Shown here: positions 41,823 to 54,900 of the stretch, piece by piece
Position numbering within the stretch: the first letter of the stretch is position 1
How the letters are laid out: the number at the start of each line of letters is the position of its first letter
From: Antedon mediterranea
Lineage: Eukaryota > Animalia > Echinodermata
Direction: 5' to 3'
Length of the DNA stretch: 64,000 nucleotides
Assembly (NCBI RefSeq): GCF_964355755.1
Contig: NC_092677.1
Span: 146,101-210,100 of the forward strand
Translations under genes and position numbers: made by a program
The notes under the pieces: generated by a model
The model's database searches: none
What the model was told of the DNA's origin: nothing
Seen by the model: the letters and a program-made list of their open reading frames with translations, nothing else

Positions 41823-41975
41823 AAGCTCTGTCTATACTATCAAACTAGATATGATGTGCCCATATTATATAGACATGACGATGTCATATCACTACGATAT
41901 TCGGGCATATCACTACCATATTTGGGCACATCACACTTTTTTTGTTAAACTAGTTGGGACAGTGTAGACACAGAA
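41823..41975. mobile_element. MITE (AAGCTCTGTCTA.ACTATCAAACT family)
   Basis: Terminal inverted repeat; similar to 1-91 and 51350-51461. Confidence 0.65.
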
Positions 41976-42855
41976 CTATGTGATCGAAACATAAGTCGGA
42001 ATTGGACTGACGCGATTGATTTAATTGGGTATTTTTATTAATGTAATGATTCATTAAAAAATATAATACCGATACGCGTTTGGTATTGATCAATGGTGCA
42101 AAAAACCCTGAGAAATAATGTTATAACGCGATTTGGTGATTGCTTAGCAATAATACAACCCATATACTATTATTATAAATACCTATTACAAATGCATTCA
42201 TATAACTTTTCATCGCGAACCGAAAATGCATAAATGCTATTCTACAGACAGTAATTATATATTCAAAAGCCATATTATTATTATTATTATCAATACCTAA
42301 ATGCGATAGTAATAACCACATAAACATACATTATTCCCAATACAAGTGTGTGCGTTTAATTCTAGAAAGAAACGACTGTGCTGACAGGCCAATGACATAA
42401 ATCACAAGTAAAGTCCCAATTGTTCACTTGCGTTTTGATTGGCTGACCTATTATATTAGATTAATGAAGACTGTTCTTGCAACTGTCCAGTCAAAAAGTT
42501 ACGCGGCGTTTTTTGTAAGAAATATTTCTTGTTTAGTTTGTTTTCGGTTTGTTTCCGGTTTGTTTTCGGTTGTTTAGGGTTGTTTCCGGTTGTTTTCGGT
42601 TGTTTTCGGTTATTTTCGGTTGTTTTCGGTAATTAGACTGACCCGTTGTACTTAGGGCATGTAGTAGGGTCCGTTGTACTTAGGGCATGTAGTAGGGTCC
42701 GTTTAAATACTGTATTTGTTAGTTACTGAAAGTATTACGTTAAAATTAGATTTTTTTAAACTTTTTTGTTAATGATGTAGCCTACTAGATAGAGGGCCAG
42801 ATGTACAATATAATAGAGTCTAAATTTACCACTTTTTAGAGTTTTGTTGGTAAGA

Positions 42856-43598
42856 ATGGATCTTAAAAGAGTTTCAAATGAAGACAAATTGCAGCTATGC
42901 AAAACATACTACAAAGGTGAGTACAGTACAGATGTTTACATACTTTTTGTTTCGCTACAGAAAAGATATTATTTAAACTTTTATGGGTTAAAGGAGTGCT
43001 GTCGTGTTATTTCATTGAATAGTGTACAGGAGTCGGATGTATTATGTTTTATTGATTTCAAAATAACTTTCTTTACAGACTAAACACATACCAGAAGCTA
43101 AAGTATTTATAATACACCTATGATTTCTTTTCAGCTGGATTCCTTTTTCTTCCATTTCTTTGGCTTGTAAATTTTGTTTGGTTTTTCCGAGAAGCTTTCA
43201 CAAAACCTTCATTTGAGCAGCAGAAACAAATAAAGACATGTACGTAGACAGCTACACTTTAAAATACATCTTTTTTTTTCCATAACATATACTGAAATAA
43301 CAAATATCAACTGGTATAATATTGTTATAAATATTATTTATATGTTCACATACTTTTTTCATTGCTGGACTAATTTATTTACTGTATTTTGAATATGCAT
43401 TAATTTATACACATTTTATTCTGTTGTCAGTTAAAGTATTCTAATTATTATTTTTCAGATGTAATACGTTCACTAATAGGAACATCTATATGGATGGTAG
43501 TACTAATAACGTGGATCACAATATTTCAACTAAAAAGAGCCGAATGGGGTGAAACTGCTGACAAAATTTCATTTATTATTCCAAAGGGAATTCCTTAA
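42856..43598 (+). CDS. PSENEN: Gamma-secretase subunit PEN-2, 101 aa, 3 coding exons
   Basis: Exons 42856-42916, 43135-43239 and 43459-43598 (61+105+140 nt). [54 protein letters not shown]. Confidence 0.96.
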
Positions 43599-44021
43599 AT
43601 GTTTCTTAAATATTTAATTGTGCCTAGTCACATATTGGTATTGCCACACATTACAATGTACAAGTTTCCCTCAACAAAGCAAAAGTTAGTGAAGAATATT
43701 GAAGACGTTGTGTACAACAAGATTATAGTACTGAACATTGTTGACGTAACATTTATGCTAGAAAGAATTAACTGTAAATATCAATAAATTTCATATAACT
43801 ATCCGGGAGGCAGCCTTTGTGCTATAATATATTGTTTATGTTATATAGTATTACAGTATAGTTAAATAATGCAAATAATACTCTTGTTTGTAAATTCTGT
43901 ATTTAATACAACCATAAATTAATTTACAAATTCAACAACCATAAATGAATTGGTTCTTTCATTATTGTTCAATATACAATTTATACAATAGTAGTGTTCT
44001 ACTAATATATTTAAACATGTT

Positions 44022-45037
44022 TTAACATGCATCTTTCATAATGTGTTTATTCTGTGGAGGAGTTGTTGTCTTTGGTGGAGGTGATCCTGCTTTATTTGGA
44101 GATGGGTTCTCTGGCCGATGTTCCATGGGTGTATCGTTGTGGCATGGCGATGCTGCTGCACCCTAAATAAAACAAAATAAATTAAAGTTACACATGTAGC
44201 CTCTGGTGTATGTAAACTCGGCAATCAATTTATACAAATTTGAATGTGAATGAATGTTGGACTTACTTCTGTTTTGCCCGGAGAAATTGTTTTAGTTTTT
44301 TGCTGCGTTTGTTGCACTGTACATAAATACTTTGATTGCTCCATCGTCTTTGTTGCATTGCCAGGTATTTTTCTGGGCATATCCCATGTTCCTAAAAATT
44401 CACCCCACGGAGAAACTTGGGATCGTGAGACGCCAGGCAAAATATGGCCACGGTCGTTTGCTATAATTTGTGTGAAGCCATCGTATTGAGAGGGGTGCTG
44501 CAAAATAATTTTAAAATTGGTCAATTTAAAAACAATCATTCAAAACTAGGCCTATATTTATTAAAGAATCTGGTACACTGCTGGTTTGTACTTACTTCTT
44601 TGAATGTTTTTGGAATTTGCCAGTTTTGAAGTCGTTTGCTGTGAAAGGCATCATCATACTATAAGAAAATGAATATTAAATAATTTCATAAAATATATTA
44701 GCCTAAAATTATTATTAGTTACTAGGCCCATAAAATATGTACTACTACTGTAGGCCTGTAGTGTAGTAAAGACTATAGATAGAGGCCTATTTAATACAAA
44801 CTCACGCCATTCATTCATTTATAATTAATACTAATGATCTATACTATTACTACTAGGCCCTAGGCCTAGGCCTATAATAGGCTACCTGCTGCCTTTCTTT
44901 ACACTCTGTTTATTTAAACCACTTTAAGTTTAAGCCTACCTATTTTAGTAGGCCCTAGTTAATATTAATAAGCGTATATATAGGCTACTAGGCCTAGCTT
45001 TATTATTTACCTGGTTTGCATTAAAATGCGAAGACAT
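44022..45037 (-). CDS. CFAP126: Cilia- and flagella-associated protein 126 (Flattop), 4 exons
   Basis: Exons 45011-45037, 44596-44658, 44267-44497 and 44022-44162. MSSHFNANQYDDAFHSKRLQNWQIP..GFTQIIANDRGHILPGV..SPWGEFLGTWDMP. Confidence 0.9.
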
Positions 45038-45216
45038 TTTTCAAGGAGTTATAATTGTTCTGACACTAGAAATTCCAACAGGCTGATGCTGACAGCAGAA
45101 CAACTGTGGTTTGGTGAGTGTGTGATTATGAGAATTGTTTACACTGGTTGTTGTTGCTAAGCACGACACAGTCTAGTACACGCGCTAGAGGGCCGTGGCC
45201 AATAAAAAGGTAGCAT

Positions 45217-45343
45217 TTTATTTATTTATTTGGAATTACACCTTTAGATCGGTGGCACACTTAGCACAAAGGTGCATCCTTCACAACATAAAATATAACA
45301 ATTAACAGAAAAGTAAAAAAGGCAAAAGCAACTATCAACCCCT
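45217..45343 (-). mobile_element. Retroposon 3' tail, same family as 5897-6030
   Basis: Nearly identical GGAATTACACCTTTAGATCGGTGGCACACTTAGCACAAAG..., with an ATTT-repeat tail. Confidence 0.65.
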
Positions 45344-45687
45344 ATCCTACCCCCCCCCCCCCCCCAATTTACATCGATACATACAGTAGATCATTACTTT
45401 ACACAATGAATACAAAACAAGATATAGTAAAAGTGCATAAAATAAAATAAAATCAACTGATAAACACAGCTTATTACGAAAAACCCCCAACTCCTCCCCC
45501 CCCCCCCACTTTATTTCAATTTACTTAATGTAGCAATGTAGATAACATAGTTATTTAGTCATGGAATTCAGTGAATCATTTCGAAATTGCCATGCTTGTA
45601 GTATCTTTTACATATGATGGTTATTCGTGTCACAGAGTGAAAAAAAAGTTACAAGGGACGTTTGATATTAAATATGACGTATTTTAA

Positions 45688-46211
45688 TGATGTATTGTCC
45701 CTTTCACTAATTCCAAAAAAATAAAATATTTCGAAAAAAAAGTGGGTCATTTTGAAGTATCATAATAGTTATTAACTTTCACCAAAAATTAGTCGAAAAA
45801 AAACCCATTTAACTGAAATACAGACGTTTTTTTGTTCAAAAAATAACTTCCAGTCAAAGTTTTCGATCAAAACATATCTCATAATGCAACGTGCTTGTTT
45901 GGCTACTCTGTATGCATAATCATAAACTTCCTCGCGATCGGTGTGAAAATACCTTCTCTGCCGTGACGAGTTGTAAACAATTATAGCATCATGCATGCAT
46001 ACTCGTGGTTTTAAATCTTTGTTTACTTTCGCTCCCGACGATTTTCCAGACATGTAATCAAAATAAATTTACTGTTAATTACGTAAACTTGTTGTTTTTG
46101 GCTCAGATTTTCGACTTAAAGTTAATAACTTTAATATTACTTTGATGTGGCAAAATTTAATTTAGAATATTTTGACCTTCATTTTTTTGTGTTTCAAGGG
46201 ACAATACATCT
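45688..46211. mobile_element. Kolobok-like TTAA-flanked non-autonomous DNA transposon
   Basis: TTAA-TGATGTATTGTCCC...GGGACAATACATCT-TTAA, an inverted relative of 6174-6717. A second related element follows at about 46217-46450. Confidence 0.8.
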
Positions 46212-46676
46212 TTAATATGATTTGTCCCCCAAAAAACATGGGAAATGAAGATAAAATTAGAATTTGAATAGGCCGGCATTTTTCAGTTTGATAAAACCAT
46301 CAAAATTAATAATTTCACATAAAAAAAAATGTTTTTTAGGCTTTTTAGGTACATTTTTTTTAGCCATTATTTTAAAGTGAATAAAACTAACAATAACAAA
46401 ATGGCATATTCCAAAAATTATTTTTTCACAGGCAGGGGGACAATCATTTTGAAAAGCGTAAGAATGTTTGACGTTGTTATTGGTACAAAATGCTATCCTA
46501 ATACTAACATGAGCAATAATAACTTAAGAAATATAAGTGTTAGTGAGTTTTATAATGCGGAAAATTAAAGTTTCCTTCCGAAAAAAAGTATACTTTAGTA
46601 ATATTTAGTACATGTATAGAAAACTTACTACAGGTAGAGGGCGGCATCTATAATTGTTGCTATTGATTTATTAAAA

Positions 46677-48823
46677 ATGGCGTCGATTGTAGAGTGCAGC
46701 GTGCACCCAGTTGTTTTGTTCACAATTGTAGATTCGTTTGAACGCCGTCAAGACCAACATGCCAGAGTAATTGGAACGTTACTTGGTAAACAGGTTGACT
46801 TATTACATTTTAATGAAACTGTTTATTATTCAAAACATATGGTTTATTTTTAGTTAGGCCTAGGGCCTACTCCCTACCTTAATAAAGTAGACTAAACCAA
46901 GAGAGGGAGGCCTCCCTCTCCGCTATTATCTGTACTGATGATGATATGTCGACTGGTGGTGGTAGAGAGGAGGCCTAGCTAGCTACTGTAGCTAGTCACT
47001 AGGTAGGAATGAAACAATCCTTTTATAAGGCCTACTGCTGGAGTACAACTTTAGAATAGAAGTCAATCACCGTCATTTCGGTTTAAAATAATACTTAACT
47101 TAATAAAATTCTTTATTTATATTAATTATTATTTATCATTATTTAATATTAATTTAATAATTATACTTTACTGTATACTTTTATTTGCTTTTTTGAACAC
47201 TAAATAATTTTTTTTTTGCAGGCACCAATGTTTTAGGTGCAGTAGAAATAACAAACTGTTTCTGTGTCCCGCACAATGAATCTGAAGATGAAGTAGCTGT
47301 TGATATTGAATTTGCTAAAAATATGTTTGATCTTCATAAAAAAGTGAATCCTGCAGAGAGTATAGTTGGATGGTAAAAAAAGCGTTTTTTTTGTCAAGTT
47401 TTTTAAAAATGTTTTTTAAAGGCAATATGTATTTTATGTGGTTTCTGTTAAGCGCTTTGATCTTCTGGAAAAGCGCTTTATAAATAATGAAATAAAAAGA
47501 TGTTTTTGTTTTAAAGGTATGCAACAGGTCATGGTATTACAGAACACTCTGTTCTTATTCATGAGTATTATTCCAGAGAATGCAACAACCCAGTTCATCT
47601 AACTATCAATACATCACTAAGTAATCAAGAAATGGCTATGAAAGCCTGGCTCGGGTAATTCAAAGCTATTCCTCCATATTTCTATGGATCAGAGATCCTG
47701 AGATGAGTAGTAGTAATCAGTACAATCTTTCTATGGATCAGAGATCCTGAGATGAGTAGTAGTAATCAGTACAGTCTTTCTATGGATCAGAGATCCTGAG
47801 ATGAGTAGTAGTAATCAGTACAGTCTTTCTATGGATCAGAGATCCTGAGATGAGTAGTAGTAATCAGTACAGTCTTTCTATGGATCAGAGATCCTGAGAT
47901 GAGTAGTAGTAATCAGTACAGTCTTTCTATGGATCAGAGATCCTGAGATGAGTAGTAGTAATCAGTACAGTCTTTCTATGGATCAGAAATAAAGTATTGA
48001 ATAACTGATTATTGCTTTATAGTAAAATGTTTTTTCTTTACAGAAATACAATGGGTGTCCCTGGTGCTACACAAGGTGTTGTCTTTACACCAGTTTCATT
48101 TAAACTTGTTAGCCATGAACCAGAACGTGTAGCTTGTAAGTTTTCATTTATTTGTACGGCAGCAAGAATGTTCCATAACCAATCGCTTAGCTGTCTCACT
48201 GTGAAATCATTTGTGATAAGTTAGTTTACTTTGTTATTTCAGTGGATACGTTGATCCAGGGAAAGTCACCAACAACCAAAACTGTAGATATTTTTTCTGA
48301 TCTTAACCATGTTGGTAGAGCGTGTTACAAACTCAAAGAAATGTTGTCAGCTGTTATCAGCTATGTTGACAATGTACTGGTGAGTAGTTAACATATAAAC
48401 CAATTTAATCCAAACTATAAATACTGTACATACATCAGAAACCGTTTGTTTTAATGTTGCAGAGCGGAAAGACACCGGCCGATAACCAAGTTGGACGATT
48501 TTTGATGGACTTAGTCTCAAATGTACCTCAACTTGATACAGAACAATTTGAACAAATGATTAATGATAACATGAAGGCAAGTATTTTTTAAAAAACTTTT
48601 TTATAATTGAATTTTTATATGTATTATTGTATTGTCAAGGACCCCAATGATCAGCTTTGCTGGATGGGTTACTCTCATGAAACATGGTCCAATAAAAACA
48701 TTATCTTATCGTTAATTTTAGGATCTTCTCATGGTTGTGTATCTGACGACACTAATCAACACACAGCTTACATTGAATGAGAAGTTGGTACATATCCGCC
48801 AGTCTTCATCCAAAGAATTCTGA
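46677..48823 (+). CDS. EIF3F: Eukaryotic translation initiation factor 3 subunit F, 7 exons
   Basis: Exons 46677-46785, 47222-47372, 47517-47654, 48044-48135, 48243-48379, 48463-48576 and 48722-48823. MPN domain [41 protein letters not shown], and C-terminal DLLMVVYL. The last intron has a GC donor. Confidence 0.96.
47680..47987. repeat. 49-bp tandem array, about 6 copies, in EIF3F intron 3
   Basis: Unit TTTCTATGGATCAGAGATCCTGAGATGAGTAGTAGTAATCAGTACAGTC. Confidence 0.95.
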
Positions 48824-48990
48824 TCATACTATTTATAACCATTCATATCTATAAATTAATTACAAATAACACTCCCTTTTAAGGGGAAATAGTGCACGAT
48901 TCAATGTTGGTCACCTTCTATATCTTTTGGAATAGTAATTACAGTGCATCTGTTAAATAAATATGTGTAGTCTTAGATAAATGTGTGTAC

Positions 48991-51900
48991 TCATTGAGAA
49001 ATCTGTCTTAGTCTGGTCACTGTAACTGTCCACTTGGTCAGCCACTCTTGGTAAGTCTGCTTGTGTGCCTGTACCCATGGGGTCAAATGTTGACTTGGTT
49101 GCTCCAACCTAAACAAATAGTAACAGTGATTATGCATGAAAATTGGAAACATAATCAGTAAAACCACTTGTACGCAACGCAAGTAATTTCACAAATCACA
49201 AACGATGGATTATCTGAACTGTTGCGCTTACGTCCTTGTGTTGTGTCCTAGTTGGAACCAAACTTGATACAGAAAGTTTACTAACTCACCAATCTGCTAT
49301 GTAGTCCTTCACTTGAATGCATTGTGCTAGGCCTTGAGAAGTTTCTGAAAGTCTTGTCTGTAATACTGGGAGCAGCATCTTCAATTGCTTTGCATCAAAT
49401 TCACGCACATCTTGACTAAACGCTGTAAACAAAATCCAGTTGATGGTACAGGTATTATAATTGTTTTATATCGTGTGTTTTGCACCTATCAGCAATCTTA
49501 TTGGATATATTTTTATTATTATTTCTTTTGACTGGATTGCTTTTTCAGTAACGTAGTACTGCTTTTCAAAATGGTCCAGTTACAAGGTTTAAAAGTAAAG
49601 AAAAATAAATAAAAGCATACATCTGCCTAATTTGAAAGATATATCCAGAATCTTTAAAATAAATGTTATTTTGTATAAAAGACATACATTGTACATACCT
49701 ATTGTATCCAATGTTATTTTGTATAAAAGATTGGCATAAATGCTTGTATTAGTGTAAAGCTTGAAATCAACAAACCTATTGTATCCAATGTAGGCGTGGC
49801 TTGATTTGAATTGTTGGATAATATTGAATGAAGATGATTTTGAGATTCCAACAATGCTTTTATGTTTCCAACGTCTACTTTTAACTCCACTAAATGTGTC
49901 AGCAAACACTCTGGTGCCTATGTAGAAACACACAATTGATACCATCAACAAAGAGTACAACATTTAGTATAACAATACTGCTTAAGCTTGGTTTCCACTA
50001 GATAGAAACATACCATTGATACCATCAACAAGGAGTACAACATTTAGTATAACAAAACTCAGTACTGCTTAAGCTTGGTTCCCACTTGGAGACAACATAG
50101 ATATGTAATTTGAACAATCACGACGTGATTAATGGAGCTTACATCTTTGCATTGGGTCCTAGTGGGAACCAAGCTTTATGAACTATTATCATTATCAGCT
50201 CTATTAAATGCTACAAATCACCTTATATATTGGGAATTGTGTAAGATCTACAAGTGTCTGTAACACAGTGTTCTGTATTGTCACACTCCCTAAGCTGTTC
50301 AATGATAGATGCTGAACTTTAACAGCGTTATCCCTGTGGAAAAACATCAAACCTTATTAATATACAACATACATATTATAAGGTTTTCAAAAAAATTCAT
50401 CTGATTTCAAATGATTTATGTGTTGGTATATTTTTCCTTTTGGTAAACCATAAGTTGCACCAAGGACTTTGACACATCCATGAACAAGACAGCACCGAGA
50501 CACGATGAGGATGATAAACAATCAACACATCCAAGGGGGGACACCGGCTAAAAGGTGACACATGAACTAGACAGCACCAAGACACGATGAGTGATGATAA
50601 ACAATCAACACATCCAAGGGGGGACACCAGCAAAAAGGTGACACATGAACTAGACAGCACCAAGACACGATGAGTGATGATAAACAATCAACACATCCAA
50701 GGGGGGACACCGACAAAAAGGTGACACATGAACAAGACAGCACCGAGACACGATGAGTGATGATAAACAATCAACACATCCAAAAAGGTGACACATGAAC
50801 TAGACAGCACCGAGACACGATGAATGATGATAAACAATCAACACATCCAAGGGGGGACACCGGCAAAAAGGTGACACATGAACTAGACAGCACCGAGACA
50901 CGATGAATGATGATAAACAATCAACACATCCAAGGGGGGACACCGGCAAAAAGGTGACACATGAACTAGACAGCACCAAGACACGATGAGTGATGATAAA
51001 CAATCAACACATCCAAGGGGGGACACCGGCAAAAAGGTGACACATGAACTAGACAGCACCAAGACACGATGAGTGATGATAAACAATCAACACATCCAAG
51101 GGGGGACACCGGCAAAAAGGTGTCACATGAACTAGACAGCACCAAGACACGATGAATGATGATAAACAATCAAAAACAATCAACACATCCAAGGGGGGAC
51201 ACCGGCAAAAAGGTGACACATGAACTAGACAGCACTGAGACACGATGAGTGATGATAAACAATCAACACATCAGTCATGTGAACAAGGCTGCAACTAGCC
51301 GAAACATAGCAAATAATTTTTATCGTTTACCAAAAGAAAAAATACATTTTGTCTAAAAGTGTGATGTGCCCAAATATGGTAGTGATATGACATCATCATG
51401 TCCATATATGGTCACATCACATTTTCTTGTCATATAAAGTTTGATAGTGTAGACAGAGCTTCAGGGCTGTTTATTATATTCAAACAATATTGTGCTGACT
51501 TACTCTAGTTGAAACATTTCCAGAAGTGAAAAAGATAAAGCTGTAAAGTGTTGCATATTTGTTAATATGCCATTTTGAAGATGATCAGATTGTGAAGAAA
51601 CATCAACTTTGTGTGAACACAACCGTTCCTGCATGTACTTCAAAAGCTACAACAAAATCAATATTTGAACACAATTAGCTAATTCTTAGTAATAGCTGTA
51701 TTTCCTACACTAATAAATTCCTCAAACAGAATGGCTTTTAATGTAATAAGTGATATTAGATTTACTCCATTTTGATTAACTTACATCTGCCTTCTGTTTT
51801 TCATGTCTACTCTTTGCATCTCTATTTTGACGAACTAAACTTTTGATTAAACTCTGTTTATCATCCTTTAAAAAAACAAGAATGATTATTAGAATGATTC

Positions 51901-54900
51901 ACAAACAATAGTTAAACTTTATTTAGTCTGAAAATAAATTGTATTAACTTACCGATACCATCATGAAGTTTTGTATCTGCTTGTATTTGCCATGCAATAT
52001 TTCTCTTTCTTTAGTTGCCTTGGTAACCGACTGGGTCAGTAGAAATATTTGCTCATTCAAGCATTTGATTGTACCGCTGGTCGCAGCAACATTTATTTCC
52101 AGTGAAAACAGTTTTCTACAAAAAAACTCTCATTTACTTAAATTTTGTGACACCACAAACTGTAATTTTTATTCTAGAATTCTCTAAGGTATAAAGATGC
52201 GAAAATACATGGCTCTCAGTTATAAATTTGCAGAGGAACTACTGTAGAAACTGCCAGTCATTTACTGCAAATAAATAAAGACTCATTTAACAGGAAAGAT
52301 TCATGAGGAAATCAGAAAATGCTGCTACAACCAAGATTCAAACCCTGAGTTTTAGTTAAACCTTTAATTATCCATTAAAAGTTCAAAATACTATCAGTAA
52401 AACATCTAATATCTACACAACTAGATTGTGTTATACTATCAGTAAAACATCTAATATCTACACAACTAGATTGTGTTATACTATCAGTAAAACATCTAAC
52501 ATCTAGACGACTTGTGTTATACTTAATGTTAAAACATCTAACATCTAGACGACTTGTGTTCTACTATCAGTAAAACATCTAACATCTACACAACTTGACT
52601 GTGTTATACTATCAGTAAAACATCTAACATCTACACAACTTGACTGTGTTATACTATCAGTAAAACATCTAACATCTAGACGACTTGTGTTATACTTAAT
52701 GTTAAAACATTTAACATCTAGATGACTTAATTATACCTTGCATTTTCCACTGCCTTCATGTCTTCCTTAAACAGCTCAGTTGATTTGTTTTTTATCTGAT
52801 CATTTAAGTGCAGCAGGTTCTGGTCCAGTTTATAAGCATCATTCTTACATTTTTCAGTTTTAGTAAACTGGTTAATGTGTGCAATCTGTCTTTTCTACAA
52901 ATACAACATTTATTAATAATTATTAAACAAATTCTAATGATATATTTGAATAAAATCCATTGTCTATCATAAGTTAGTGAAGGAGTACTTACTAATATCA
53001 GCTGATTTACACTCTTCATGTTGTCAGGAGCCATGGACATGTCATTTAAATGCCCACTTGAAGCAAACTTAAATCTAAAAGATAATTGTAAGTTACAGTT
53101 TATTAAAAAAGTATGCAATCATTTTGACTTTCAGGAATACAAATGTTTTACGTACATAAAAATAGTTTTTACTTGATAGCATTGGAAAACTATGAAGCCT
53201 AATCCTGCAAAATGAATATAAATATATGTCAAAATTTTCGACATAGCAAATAAAAAATTGTTTTTTTAATAAAAAAAAAATAGAAAAAAAAAAATGTTTT
53301 CACAATTTCGAGATTTTGACAGCACAATAAAAAAACAAAAATACATATTTCAAAATGTCGACATTTTGCTATGTCAAATAGCTATATTTATATTCAGATG
53401 GCAGGATAGGTTTTCGTAGAAAACTGTGACCCTCTTACTTGCCTCACAGCGATTAGGTCAATCAAACAATTCATAAACATTTAATTTTAAACAATGCTTT
53501 ACCTGAGTGTTTCAGCATCCTGCATCAAGTCAATTGAGTTTGTTACTACATTTAGTTTTAACCCTGTTTCTTCTGCTATAGTTGTCAATGATGTCACAAC
53601 TTCCAATGGTTGATTATCTGTAACAGCTTTACCAACCAACTTCCAAATTGTTTCTTTGTTTTTTTTACTTCAATCAAACACATTTAAATTATTTAAACGT
53701 GAATTTGTGGTTAGATTCTAAATGAAGCTGGGGCATAAATGGTAATGCCCGAATGTGCAAAGAAAAACAACATTAACAATGTGTTTGGGGACCTTTCAAT
53801 TATATTGTGCTTAATCACTAAAAACAAGACTATTACTATTTGATAGTAGTGCTATTGCCCTTCTGTCTAAGTAAACATGGTAAGGGAAAATTTACCATTA
53901 CATAAAGAGGCGATATATGGACAAAACGAGACTTGGTCTTAATGCTGTAAGCACAGCCTGGCTTAGGTAAAACCATGTCACAAACAATAATTGTTAAAAT
54001 AGAGATACTTAAAAATACAGTATATACATTTTATCTGTGTCCACATTAGCTTCCATTGTCTTCTTTAAAAAGTTTGAAATGTCTTCACATGCATCCCGAA
54101 CTCCTTTCTAAAATATAGAAATTCTGAATGATAGAATTTACACCAACATTGTCTAAAATTGATTAGTTTATTTAATCTGTATACATTGAATATAGAATAA
54201 TAAAATGCTACTCACAGTGCAAGCAGTTTCCAGGGTTTCTGATCCTTTAGATCCCTTTCTACTGAAGAAGACTGTATTACTCTCCATTGTTCTATAAGAA
54301 GATTTTGTACAATTATTTATAGAATAAAGTGCTCATTTTAATTTAATTTCTCTTCTCGTATTTTGTACAAGCAAATCAGAACCTTCATTTTTTTTTCATT
54401 CATGTTTTATAGGTAAAGCTACTGCAAATTATTCCATTAAATATGCAAACATCTTATTAACTATGTTTATAGTTTAACCAACAAAGACTTACTTCTCATG
54501 TTTTATAGGTAAAGCTACTGCAAATATCAATTCAGATGCAAACATCTTATTAACTATGTTTATGGTTTAACAAAGACTTACTTCTCTTGTTTACATTCAC
54601 GTCTTAGTCGTCCAATCAAGCGCTCTTTATATTTTTCGTACCGAGCAATATCCGTTTTGCAAATCAAACTGTGAGCATTCAACAATCTTGTTTTCTTTCG
54701 GACATCATTAATATCACTGCACAATTTTATTTTATCTTCTTCTACAAAATAATATTGTTTATTGTTTTAATGTATTTTAATTTGATTAAAGAGGGCCCCT
54801 GAATATCAGTTAACCCACTGGGCTAAACTTGAAGGGGGACCCTCTTTAAAAAATAAGCGTTAACTTACCACCAATGGAAACTTCTTTGTGAAGTCTCTTG

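Larger units (their letters stand above)
37095..42643. mobile_element. Mutator(MULE)-like non-autonomous element, 5.55 kb, with nested MITEs
   Basis: About 110-bp TIR GGTCAGTCTAATTACC(GAAAACAACC)n at both ends, flanked by CGTTGTACT(C/T) (9-10 bp TSD) inside a 28-bp tandem repeat. No transposase ORF seen. Confidence 0.82.

Noticed and set aside
46930-47000. TGATGA C-box in EIF3F intron 1 as a snoRNA
   Set aside because: No suitably placed CTGA D-box or terminal stem was found.
50397-51243. Series of Cys-rich 64-96 aa ORFs resembling a peptide family
   Set aside because: Translation artefacts of the 83-bp tandem repeat.
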